DNA from: Nitrospinales bacterium
GTDB taxonomy: Bacteria; Nitrospinota; Nitrospinia; Nitrospinales; VA-1
Assembly (NCBI GenBank): GCA_965223345.1
Contig: CBDCWG010000012.1
Location: forward strand, 3,072,001 to 3,136,000
Reading direction: 5' to 3'
Length of the DNA stretch: 64,000 bases
Shown here: positions 30,438-39,724 of the stretch, in pieces
Layout: the number at the start of each line of letters is the position of its first letter
Numbering within the stretch: the stretch's first letter is position 1
Position numbers and translations under genes: made by a program
The notes under the pieces: generated by a model
What the model was told of the DNA's origin: nothing
The model's database searches: none
Seen by the model: only the letters and a program-made list of their open reading frames with translations

Positions 30438-30743
30438 ATGGATACTTCCTTGAGTCTTCCTGTTGAAATGCTGGTGTTCATGGGGCTGGTGACCGTCTCA
30501 CTGGTCTTCAGGCGGCATCACCTGGGCCTGCTGGCCACGTATGCGTTTGTGTTTTACCTGGGTTTTCTGTTCAACGAGCATTACTTCATCCTGCCCAGCG
30601 GCGAAACCTCCTGGACCGCCTACCTCTATGGCGCCAGCGGCATCTGGGTGGCCGGTTTCGTGGTGCTGGGATTGATGAAAGAAAAACAGAAAGCCCCCCG
30701 GCGCACCCCCTGCGCACACGGCAACCCGACCTCAACGCTCTGA
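30438..30743 (+). CDS. Small membrane protein
   Basis: 101 aa with three hydrophobic segments; GAGG RBS. Confidence 0.65.
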   Translation: MDTSLSLPVEMLVFMGLVTVSLVFRRHHLGLLATYAFVFYLGFLFNEHYFILPSGETSWTAYLYGASGIWVAGFVVLGLMKEKQKAPRRTPCAHGNPTSTL

Positions 30744-30799
30744 ACTCTTATCGATTCGAAAGCGATCCCCGTCCTCGACAATGCTGCGCGGCCTGCGGC

Positions 30800-31372
30800 T
30801 CAATGCCGCTGAGGCGTCTTGATGAGGCGGGACGCGTCGTACCCCTGATCCACCACCTTCTGCACCAGCCGATCATACAGAGCCGTTTCCATTTGCGGTT
30901 TGCGGCTCAGGATCCACAGATATTCCCGTGACGGGTGCCCGACGATGGAGTACTGGTAGTCGGGGTCCAGACCGATGATCCAGTAATCGCCGGAGAACGG
31001 CCAGAAAAACTGCACCTTCAGCTTGGCCTGGGTCGTTTCGTCCACCACCCACGCCTTGCCGATGGCTTCATCGAGCTCGCCTTCGAACCCGCCCAGCCAG
31101 CAGCGGTTGACCACCCGGATGTGGCCGTCGTCGCGTAGCGAATAATCCGCCTGGGAGGCGTAACAGTTCTCCTCGAAGCTGTGCGGATAGCGTGCGATCT
31201 CATACCAGGTGCCGAGATAGCGCTCGATTTCCACTCTGTCCACCGGCTGCACCCGGCCCGCCGCTTTCGGGCCGGTGTCCAAATGATTCATCGTCGTGCA
31301 CCCGGCGACAGCCCAGCACATCAACACGATTCCCGCAAAACACTTCACCGCCCCACTGGTTTTTAGACTCAT
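30800..31372 (-). CDS. blc: Outer membrane lipocalin (Blc family)
   Basis: Lipobox VAGC, YLGTWYEIAR, LKVQFFWPF.GDYWII and YLWILSR motifs. Confidence 0.92.
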   Translation of the reverse strand: MSLKTSGAVKCFAGIVLMCWAVAGCTTMNHLDTGPKAAGRVQPVDRVEIERYLGTWYEIARYPHSFEENCYASQADYSLRDDGHIRVVNRCWLGGFEGELDEAIGKAWVVDETTQAKLKVQFFWPFSGDYWIIGLDPDYQYSIVGHPSREYLWILSRKPQMETALYDRLVQKVVDQGYDASRLIKTPQRH

Positions 31373-31478
31373 GGCAAACCGGTCTCCGCTGATTGAATTG
31401 AATTATTATGTCATAATGGCAGCTTACCAAACCGAGGCGCAGAGGATCAATGCTGTCAAACACAGGAATCATCGTCCC

Positions 31479-31955
31479 ATGAAAACACTCACCGCAACGG
31501 CTTCTCTTGTCACACTGCTTCTCACATCCGCTCCGGCGCAGGCCGAACTGAACCGCGAAACCCAGGAGGCGATGGCCCAGGGGGTGCAGCTCAAGCAGGA
31601 GCGGCAGTATCAGCGCGCCATCGAACGCTTTCGCAAGGTCACGCGCCTCGCACCGGATTATCCGGACGGATTTCTGCAACTGGGGTTCACGCTGCAGCAC
31701 GTCGAAAAGTATGCGGAAGCGATCGAGGCCTACGAATCCGGCCTGAAACTGAACGGCCGGCACCATTTCTCGCCGGAAGCCTATTATAATATGAGCGCCG
31801 CCGCCGACGCGCTCAATCAGGGCGAACGGGCGATCGCGTACATCAAAAAATCGCTGCAGGCTTACACCGACCGCAACGATTACGGCGGCGTTTACAAAGC
31901 CGGAACGTACCTGGAACACCTGACGAAAAAATATCCCGCCCCATCCCAACGCTAG
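31479..31955 (+). CDS. Secreted tetratricopeptide-repeat protein
   Basis: Signal peptide and TPR-like helices (AIERFRK..P.YPD, AIEAYE). Confidence 0.8.
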   Translation: MKTLTATASLVTLLLTSAPAQAELNRETQEAMAQGVQLKQERQYQRAIERFRKVTRLAPDYPDGFLQLGFTLQHVEKYAEAIEAYESGLKLNGRHHFSPEAYYNMSAAADALNQGERAIAYIKKSLQAYTDRNDYGGVYKAGTYLEHLTKKYPAPSQR

Positions 31956-31962
31956 AGGCCGC

Positions 31963-32973
31963 ATGATCCGCGAAGGCGAACTGATTCAGAAGCAGTGCAT
32001 CGGCAGCCTGGAAGAACTGACGCAGCAGTTATTCGTCCGGCTGCAGGAAAACCCCGGAGAAAGGATCGCTTTTTTCGGCAAAACCCATTCCACTCTGAAA
32101 ACCATTGTCGATTTCGAACGCATGCTGGGGCCCGGCTTCCATCCGGTGTGCATCATCGACAACCACAAGCGCGGCGATTTTTCCAAATCGATCCCGGTGC
32201 TCACGTTTGCCGAGGCGGAACGCATGGCGGACGGCATCGACCTGATCGTCGTGATGGTGGACAGCGCGTCGATCTACGCCATCCTGGCGCAGATCGCCGA
32301 ATCGCGCCTGTTCGAAAAAAAGCTGTTGAGCGTGCACCGCGATTCCGACCCGCTGAGCGAAACCGAATTCCAGACGCTGTGCCGGGAAAGCCAGTCGTTT
32401 CTCAGCCAACGCGGCGTCATCTGGTACACCAGCGAGGAAAACTGGTACTGCTGCTACCAGTACCTGAAGCAGGTGGCCACCCTGCCCGGGGATGTGGCGG
32501 AGTTCGGGGTCTTCCGCGGAGGCAGCGCGTACTGGATCGCCACGGTGCTGAAGCATCTGCGTGCCGACAAGCGGTTGTTTTTGTTCGACACGTTTGCGGG
32601 CATCCCGGTGCAGTCCGCCATCGACCACGTGGGTGAAAAATCCTTTGCGGACTCAGACCTTAAACGGGTGCGCGCCCTGTTTTCCGGGTTCGAAAACGTG
32701 CGCATCGTGCCGGGAGACGTCTGCGACACCCTGGAAGCAAGCGGGCTGGGTGAGGTGTCGCTGGCCCACATCGACTGCGACCAGTACCACCCGACCCGCT
32801 ATCTTTGCGAGCGGCTGTATGATAGGGTGATTCCAGGCGGGATCTTCCTGTTCCAGAACTATTCCCTGGGCGCTGCGTATGGCGAACGGGTCGCCGTGGA
32901 TCTTTTTTTCCGCGACAAACCGGAAAACGTGCTTTTCGGATTCGACGGCGCGGCCTTCGTCGTCAAGCTGTGA
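31963..32973 (+). CDS. TylF/MycF-family O-methyltransferase with an N-terminal extension
   Basis: GDVAEFGVFRGGS, LFDTFAG and AHIDCDQY motifs. Confidence 0.85.
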   Translation: MIREGELIQKQCIGSLEELTQQLFVRLQENPGERIAFFGKTHSTLKTIVDFERMLGPGFHPVCIIDNHKRGDFSKSIPVLTFAEAERMADGIDLIVVMVDSASIYAILAQIAESRLFEKKLLSVHRDSDPLSETEFQTLCRESQSFLSQRGVIWYTSEENWYCCYQYLKQVATLPGDVAEFGVFRGGSAYWIATVLKHLRADKRLFLFDTFAGIPVQSAIDHVGEKSFADSDLKRVRALFSGFENVRIVPGDVCDTLEASGLGEVSLAHIDCDQYHPTRYLCERLYDRVIPGGIFLFQNYSLGAAYGERVAVDLFFRDKPENVLFGFDGAAFVVKL

Positions 32974-33315
32974 CCCCACTCTTGCCATTCTCACCGTTTT
33001 TTCGTTCCCGCTTCAAAATTTGCTGATAAGAAATGCCCAGCTTCTCGACTCACTGAGGTAGAAGGTTGAAAGCAAATAACCATGCAGCAAATCACAGTTA
33101 TCTGTGACCCAATTCATGGCCCCGTGCGGAAACGGGGGGTATATTGAAACTCACAGCGGTTGCAAACAACCAACAGCGTGAACACACAAAGCGCTTTGTT
33201 TTTTCTGAAACTACTTGAACAAATTTGTACTAATTTGTTAAAATATCGCCGCTTGTTTAACAAATAACTGTTTTATTTCAAACGGATAAGCACAAATACT
33301 TAAGGGGTCCTGTAA

Positions 33316-33981
33316 ATGAAATCTCTGTTGATACTGGGAGCGGGCGGGCATGGCAGATCGGTGGCCGACATCGCGCATGTGCTGGAGCACTGGGACAAGA
33401 TCGCGTTCCTCGACGACCGCTATCCCGAATTGAAATCCACCGTCGCCTGGCCGGTGATCGGGCCTGTGCACCGCGCGGCGGAGTTTTTACCGCAGTTTTC
33501 CGATTTCTTTGTGGCCATCGGCGACAACCGGACGCGTGTGGAACTGCTGCAGCGCTATCTGAAACTGGGTTTCAACGCCCCAAACCTGATTCACCCGCAG
33601 GCGTTCGTGAGCGATTTTTCCTCGCTGGGGCCGGGCTGCTCCGTTTCCCCGCAGGGGGTGGTGAACATCAACTCCCGGCTCGGGATGGGCTGCATCGTCA
33701 ACACCGGCGCTTCCGTCGGTCACGATTGCACGCTGGGCAACGGGGTGCAGCTGGCTTCCAAGGTCACGCTGGCAGGCGGCGTCACGATCGACGACCTTTG
33801 CCTGCTGGGAGTGGGCGCGTCCGTCATCCCCGAGATTTTCATCGGCGAGAACGTCACCATCGGAGCGGGGGCCACGGTCATCAAGAACATCGCCAGCAAC
33901 CGCACGGTCGTCGGCGTCCCCGGCAAAACCCGGGAAGCCTCCATCAAAACCCTGCGCGTCCATCAGACCGAACCGCTGTAG
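33316..33981 (+). CDS. PglD/NeuD-family sugar acetyltransferase
   Basis: LILGAGGHG, VAIGDN, hexapeptide repeats, HDC and VVGVPG. Confidence 0.9.
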   Translation: MKSLLILGAGGHGRSVADIAHVLEHWDKIAFLDDRYPELKSTVAWPVIGPVHRAAEFLPQFSDFFVAIGDNRTRVELLQRYLKLGFNAPNLIHPQAFVSDFSSLGPGCSVSPQGVVNINSRLGMGCIVNTGASVGHDCTLGNGVQLASKVTLAGGVTIDDLCLLGVGASVIPEIFIGENVTIGAGATVIKNIASNRTVVGVPGKTREASIKTLRVHQTEPL

Positions 33982-34213
33982 CCCCCCGCCGCAAGCCCGC
34001 ACCCGTTTCTTTTCTTCCCATCGATTGCAACGAAAACCCTGATTTTCCGCAGGTTGTTTCCGCCTGCGGACCGGCGTCGCAAATTTCCCCTCAACTGATT
34101 GACTTTATTTGACTTATCGGCGAACCTGCCAGTATGGGCATCATGTCAACCCGGCACGCGTTTGCCTTAAAGGTGGCCGGGCCCCGTCAATCCAGGATCC
34201 TTGAGGAGGAAAT

Positions 34214-34726
34214 ATGAAACGCCTGATTTATTTCGTGGCCTTTCTTTTTATTCCGGGGCTTTTCGGATGCGTCACGGGCCATCCCCAGACCGCGGATGAA
34301 TTTCGCAAAGCGGTGCCCGACGCATTCATGGCCAAGAAAGAATCGTTCGAGGTGGACCGCCCCTTCGATGAGGTGGCGGGCACGTTTGAAAAGATGGCGC
34401 CGCAGTGCCTGAACGTGACGGTGAAAACCACGTCGCAAACGCGCACGAGCTACCAGGTGATCGTGACGCGCTACAAGCCCACCGTGCTGGTGAGCGCCGA
34501 CAAGGCCGAGCTGCACGTGCAGCAGGAGCATGTTCAGGGCGTGATGAATGTGACCGCCGTGCCGGAGGGCGGCTACTATCTGATGGTCGCCGACGCCTAC
34601 CCCATCGACGCCAACAGGACCGGGATCGATCTGTACCGGCCGAAGATGGGACACGACGTTCTGGTGCGGGCCACCAAGGGCTGGGCCACCGGAAAGAACG
34701 TCGGCTGCCCGGATTTCACGCAATGA
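34214..34726 (+). CDS. Putative lipoprotein
   Basis: Lipobox LFGC; GAGGAGG RBS. Confidence 0.8.
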   Translation: MKRLIYFVAFLFIPGLFGCVTGHPQTADEFRKAVPDAFMAKKESFEVDRPFDEVAGTFEKMAPQCLNVTVKTTSQTRTSYQVIVTRYKPTVLVSADKAELHVQQEHVQGVMNVTAVPEGGYYLMVADAYPIDANRTGIDLYRPKMGHDVLVRATKGWATGKNVGCPDFTQ

Positions 34727-35250
34727 GCGGCGGGGCACGAACGACGAAACCCGAATCCAGAGGCCGCCGGTCCCTCCTGCTGGCCGGGCTGGCGGCTCTG
34801 GGCCTGCTTTCTGGATGCTCCGGCATCAAAACCTACTCGAGCTCGCTGGACAAGAACCTGCAGATCACGACCGAAACGGATTCGGGTTCGTTCTTTTCCA
34901 GCGTGCGCACAGCGGTGGACATCTACCGGGTGGGGACGAACTGTGAGGCCGTGTACGAAGGCACGGTGCAGCTCGACAAGCCCAGCGTGGAGATCGGGCT
35001 GCCGGCGCACCGGTTGAGCTATCTGGAGTTTGTGTTCGCCAATTCCTCTTTCCTGTCCAACACGCATGGAAAAATCACGCACAACAACCTGATCAACCCG
35101 CGCCCCGGCTACGATTACCGCGTGCGGGTGCGTTATGAGGATGCGATCTACAACGTGGAAATCGAGGAAGTGTTTCCGGGACAGACGGCGAGCCGCGAGC
35201 TGGGGCCGCAGAAAATGGGCGGCTGCAACGCGCTCACGGTTAAAAAATAG
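34723..35250 (+). CDS. Putative lipoprotein
   Basis: ATGA overlap with the previous gene; lipobox LSGC. Confidence 0.75.
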   Translation: MSGGARTTKPESRGRRSLLLAGLAALGLLSGCSGIKTYSSSLDKNLQITTETDSGSFFSSVRTAVDIYRVGTNCEAVYEGTVQLDKPSVEIGLPAHRLSYLEFVFANSSFLSNTHGKITHNNLINPRPGYDYRVRVRYEDAIYNVEIEEVFPGQTASRELGPQKMGGCNALTVKK

Positions 35251-35528
35251 CGCACGGTAGCGGCTTTCAGGCCCGTGTTGCAACATTCTTAAAAGCCATG
35301 CGGGATCCGGGTCGGTTGCAGGACGCCGGGAAATGCCGGCCTCCATGCCCCGCTCCCCCCGAAAACACTGGGAATCTCCATCCCTGACCGGGATTCACCG
35401 CGAAAAAAACCCTCCGTGTCATTGACCGACCCCACAACAGAGTAATAACTCTTCGACATACAATGACTTACCTATTTTATATACTATAACTGTAAATATA
35501 ATTTATAAATCTGATCCGTGGTTTTAAA

Positions 35529-36251
35529 TTGAAGCCCAGCATTTGTTTATCCGGTGTCCTGACCGCTTCTTTGGTCTTCATTGTTATTGCCTCCGTTTCT
35601 GCGGACGATGGGAAGAGCCCCCGTAAAGCCACTGGATTTTTGGACTTCAACTATTATTACGACACCCGGGATTTCAACGTCCTCACCATCAACGCGCTCG
35701 CAAATATCACGAATCGGGTTCAATACTTTTCTCTGACCAACTACACAAACTCTATCGGGACGACAAACAATCTCGACAAGAATGCGTTCTACAGCGAGCA
35801 AAACATCCGGTGGCTGGCTGTCAGAGAAAAAATACCCACCGACCTCACCCTGCAATGGGTGATTCGCAATCCGGATGAGAACGATCTGTTACGATTCGGG
35901 TTTCGCGTGCGTGTTTCGGCCATCGAGGGGATAAAAAATATTTTCAAAGCTCTCAATACGTTCTATTCGGTGAATTTTCATCTTCTGCAAATCGATCATG
36001 TGGATGGGTTTGACTGGCAGATCGAACATATTTATAAAATCTTCCCGGATATTTTAGGAAAGCGTCTTTACCTGAGTGGATTTGTGGATCACAACATCAA
36101 CTCGGGAAAAAGCACGGTTGTGACCGAGCATCAATTGGGATTTCGAGTGATCGATCAGTTTTATCTGGTTTCTGAATACAGATACAAAGGTTCTCTGAAC
36201 AAGGAAAAGTCCGGGGTCGGATTGGGAGTGGAGTACAAGATCCTATTTTAG
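35529..36251 (+). CDS. Outer membrane protein, possibly Tsx/DUF5020-like channel
   Basis: Signal peptide, aromatic alternating strands, LSGFVD, VTEHQ, C-terminal F. Confidence 0.6.
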   Translation: MKPSICLSGVLTASLVFIVIASVSADDGKSPRKATGFLDFNYYYDTRDFNVLTINALANITNRVQYFSLTNYTNSIGTTNNLDKNAFYSEQNIRWLAVREKIPTDLTLQWVIRNPDENDLLRFGFRVRVSAIEGIKNIFKALNTFYSVNFHLLQIDHVDGFDWQIEHIYKIFPDILGKRLYLSGFVDHNINSGKSTVVTEHQLGFRVIDQFYLVSEYRYKGSLNKEKSGVGLGVEYKILF

Positions 36252-36266
36252 ACAGGGAGACATGCC

Positions 36267-38108
36267 ATGCCCGCACGTGAAGTATTGACACGTGAAATAA
36301 ATCAAAAGAAGCGATTCGTTGGAATTTTTCACAATCGTCTGACCGCCTGGATCATTCTCACGATTTCACTTTTTTTGACTGCGACGGCATACTTTGTGTC
36401 CAAATCCATCGTCGATCACCGGCGCTCAGAACAATTTTCATTTCGCGCCTATGAAATCGAACAGGCGATTGAAGATCGCATGAGAACTTACGAACAAGTT
36501 CTTATAGGGGGAGTGGGGTTGTTTCACAGCTCCAAAGAGGCCATTGTACCCAGAGACGTTTTTGCAAAGTATGTCGCCAATCTGAATATCAATAAAAACT
36601 GGCCGGGAATTCAGGGAATCGGTTTCAGCATCCCTGTAAAAGCAAAAGACCTGGAAGCGCACGAAAAAAGCATTCGGGAGGAAGGTTTTCCGGATTTCCA
36701 GGTCCGCCCGGTTGGGAAAAGGGATGCATACACATCTATCATTTATTTAGAGCCCTTCGACTGGCGCAACAAACGGGCGCACGGATACGATATGAGGTCC
36801 AACGACATGCGAAGGGCTGCCATGACCCGGGCACGGGACGAGGGGGTCGCAGCAACCTCGGGAATCATCACGCTGGTTCAGGAGACCGCGGAAGATGTTC
36901 AGAAGGGTTTTCTCACCTATCTGCCTGTATACAAAACAGGAGACATTCCGAACAATGTGGAAGACCGGCGAAAAAACTTTGTCGGCTGGGTATACGCACC
37001 CTTTCGCGCGGGCGATTTGATGAAAGGCATTATCGGCTCCGAGGATAAGAAAATAAATTTCCGGATTTTCGACGGAACGGAACAAAACCCGGAATCCATC
37101 CTGTATTCATCCAAAGGGCGCGAGAAATGGCAGGAGCAAGGGTTCTCCAAAACGTCGCGGATCATGCTGCAAGGACGGCCCTGGACGATTCAATTCAGCA
37201 TACCGGATGACGCGTATACCGGGAAAGGCGAAAACCTGCCTCAATTCATTGCGGTTTTCGGAGTGATCATTGACCTGCTTCTCTTTTATGTCATTTTTGC
37301 GCTTCATTTTATCAATAAGCATGCGGAAAAAATTGTGGCCCAGAGGACGGAACAGCTCCAGAAAAAGGCAAAAGAACTGCAAATTAAAAATGATGAATTG
37401 GAAGAATTCACTTACAGGACCTCGCACGATTTGAAGGCCCCTCTGGTCAACATCCATTGCCTGAGCGAAATCATGAAAGAGGATCTTATGGATAAAGACT
37501 TCGACGAGGTCTCCACCAATCTGGACAAGGTCGGCAAATTAACCCAAAAACTGGAACATCTGGTGAGCAACATCGTGGAAATCGCCAAAATAGACGGTGT
37601 GGATGAGAAGGTTGAAGAAGTCAACATTGCAAAAGAAGTGGAGTCCATTAAAGAAAACTTGAACACCCTGATCGATGACAATAACGTCGAAGTACGCGTG
37701 GACGTTGACGATGGGAAATCCGTGTTGACACAAAGAAACCTGATCCGTCGTGTGCTGGAAAACCTCATCTCCAATGCCGTCAAGTATTCCGACCCGGAAA
37801 AAGAGCACAAGTTTGTATTGATCGCCGTATCCGAGTCGGGAGGCCGCACTCGCATCCAGGTCGCGGACAACGGTTTGGGAATCCCCGAAGGCAATCTCAA
37901 CGATGTATTCCGCATGTTCAAACGATTCCACAAATCGTCTTCATTCGGAAGCGGGTTGGGGTTGTATCTGGTGAAAAAGAACTTGGATAAAATCAATGCA
38001 AAAATTGCCGTCGAGAGCAGCCCCGAAGGAACTGTATTCACCATTATTTTGCCGAACCAGCAACCCGCATCCCGGGGTGTTGAGCAAGCCAACTCCCTCA
38101 GCCCCTAG
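36267..38108 (+). CDS. CHASE-domain sensor histidine kinase
   Basis: Two TM helices around a CHASE domain (PGIQGIGF, IIYLEP, ITLVQE, GWVYAPF); SHDLKAPL, NLISNAVKY and GSGLGL. Confidence 0.92.
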   Translation: MPAREVLTREINQKKRFVGIFHNRLTAWIILTISLFLTATAYFVSKSIVDHRRSEQFSFRAYEIEQAIEDRMRTYEQVLIGGVGLFHSSKEAIVPRDVFAKYVANLNINKNWPGIQGIGFSIPVKAKDLEAHEKSIREEGFPDFQVRPVGKRDAYTSIIYLEPFDWRNKRAHGYDMRSNDMRRAAMTRARDEGVAATSGIITLVQETAEDVQKGFLTYLPVYKTGDIPNNVEDRRKNFVGWVYAPFRAGDLMKGIIGSEDKKINFRIFDGTEQNPESILYSSKGREKWQEQGFSKTSRIMLQGRPWTIQFSIPDDAYTGKGENLPQFIAVFGVIIDLLLFYVIFALHFINKHAEKIVAQRTEQLQKKAKELQIKNDELEEFTYRTSHDLKAPLVNIHCLSEIMKEDLMDKDFDEVSTNLDKVGKLTQKLEHLVSNIVEIAKIDGVDEKVEEVNIAKEVESIKENLNTLIDDNNVEVRVDVDDGKSVLTQRNLIRRVLENLISNAVKYSDPEKEHKFVLIAVSESGGRTRIQVADNGLGIPEGNLNDVFRMFKRFHKSSSFGSGLGLYLVKKNLDKINAKIAVESSPEGTVFTIILPNQQPASRGVEQANSLSP

Positions 38109-38133
38109 TTCGCCCCTCTTTGCGAGCCGGGCC

Positions 38134-39246
38134 TCACTGCGCGGGCAGCAGACACGGCGTGGTGGGGTTTCCTGCGAAATCCAGCCAGCGGTGGTTTTTG
38201 AAGTCGTAGAGCTGACAGGTTTTTGCGATCTCGCAGTATTTTCCCCACGTCCACTTGAGCACCACCACGTCCCCCGGCAGTCTGGCCTCGATCCGATCCT
38301 GCACCCGCTTCAGCCGGTATAACGGGATTTTCTCGCGCATCAGGTGATGGGCGGAATGCTCCATGATGAACAGCACGATCGTGTTCATCGGGCCGGGAAA
38401 GATCACGTGCGTGGAGCAGTGCACCTGGGCTTTCGTGAAACTCCACTCCTCTTCGTTTTCAAACCAGGGAATCTCGGGATGCGTGTGGTGCAGGTACGTC
38501 ACGAACGCCATCAGGACATTCCAGAAAAGAAACGGAATGCAAAAGGTAAAGACAAACACTTCCCAGCCTGTGACTCCCTCATAAATATCGGGAAGGGTCA
38601 GCGGAAGAATAACCGCCCAGACCAGGAAAAACGCCCAGACGAGCAGGCAGTCCGCCCAGTACACAGCGGCATTTCTGATTTTCCGGGAAGCGTAGCGGTG
38701 AAACATCTCGTTGTAGGGAGGCGGCACGAACATCTTGGGCCACCAGCCCCGGATCAGATGGCAGAACAGGATGCCGGCCGGGCTCCTGAAAAACCGCTCC
38801 GCCCATTGTTTACGGGAAGGCAGGGCGTCGTATTCCTCCTTGCTCATGGGGACGCCGAACGGATCTTTGTGCTTCAGCATCGCATAAACGTGGTGGTTCG
38901 CGTTGTGGCCGTACTCCCACAACGAGCAGGCGTGCAGGGAGGGCAGCAATGCGAGCCGTGCGATGATGTGATTGACGGCCCGGCCGGGTGTCAGGCTGTT
39001 GTGGCAGGCGTCGTGGCCGATGACGAACAGTTGGGCGATGTTGAACCCCATCAACAGAGCGAACAGGAAGCGGACGAGGTACGACTCGAAATAAACCGTC
39101 CCCAGTGCGCTGCCGGCGTATAACAGCGAAATCAGGAAAAAAATCCCGATTCCCAGAAAGTACGATTTCCGGCCCGCAGATCCGACCTCGCCCGGTTCGC
39201 TCAACGCGGTGAGCCCCAGTCGATGTTCAGCGGCTTTCTGTGTCAC
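38134..39246 (-). CDS. Membrane fatty acid desaturase
   Basis: Three His boxes GHDACH, HNANHH and EHSAHH plus YLHHTHP; start uncertain (ORF is open to 39330). Confidence 0.9.
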   Translation of the reverse strand: MTQKAAEHRLGLTALSEPGEVGSAGRKSYFLGIGIFFLISLLYAGSALGTVYFESYLVRFLFALLMGFNIAQLFVIGHDACHNSLTPGRAVNHIIARLALLPSLHACSLWEYGHNANHHVYAMLKHKDPFGVPMSKEEYDALPSRKQWAERFFRSPAGILFCHLIRGWWPKMFVPPPYNEMFHRYASRKIRNAAVYWADCLLVWAFFLVWAVILPLTLPDIYEGVTGWEVFVFTFCIPFLFWNVLMAFVTYLHHTHPEIPWFENEEEWSFTKAQVHCSTHVIFPGPMNTIVLFIMEHSAHHLMREKIPLYRLKRVQDRIEARLPGDVVVLKWTWGKYCEIAKTCQLYDFKNHRWLDFAGNPTTPCLLPAQ

Positions 39247-39724
39247 GGCATCGATCCGATCACAGTGAATGAGAATGGCTGCATTCGATTGCGTTCCTCT
39301 CCCCTTTTCGCCTGCCCCGTGTGGGCGCACAACGGATTTCTTCCGGGCGGGGGCCCTCGCCTGCCCTCACCGGCTTTCGCCAGGCCCCCTGAAATTCAAA
39401 CGATTATGAGAACCCGCTGCGCAAACCGGCGATTCCCGGCCCGGCTGTAGCTCATCCCTTAAAATATCTGTAAATGCGCCACTTACTGCCTGTTCAGGAA
39501 TCACGGCATTCGGCCGCTACATTGTTCGACGGGCAAATTTTGCGCGTATTTTCAGGTTTTTTCAATTTATCCGCATGCTTATGTTACAATATTTTATGTA
39601 AATTATTGAAACTTTTACTATTATTTCTATCCATCGATCTTTCACCCAATCGCGGTATTGGCACGGGGATACGGTTTTTCCGGCCGGTTATCGAGAGCCG
39701 CTCACAGCGGCGGGAACTGCGCAC

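Noticed and set aside
34151..34166. Sigma-54-like GGCACG..TTGC (and similar motifs near 21499 and 57811)
   Set aside because: GG-to-GC spacing is off by one base
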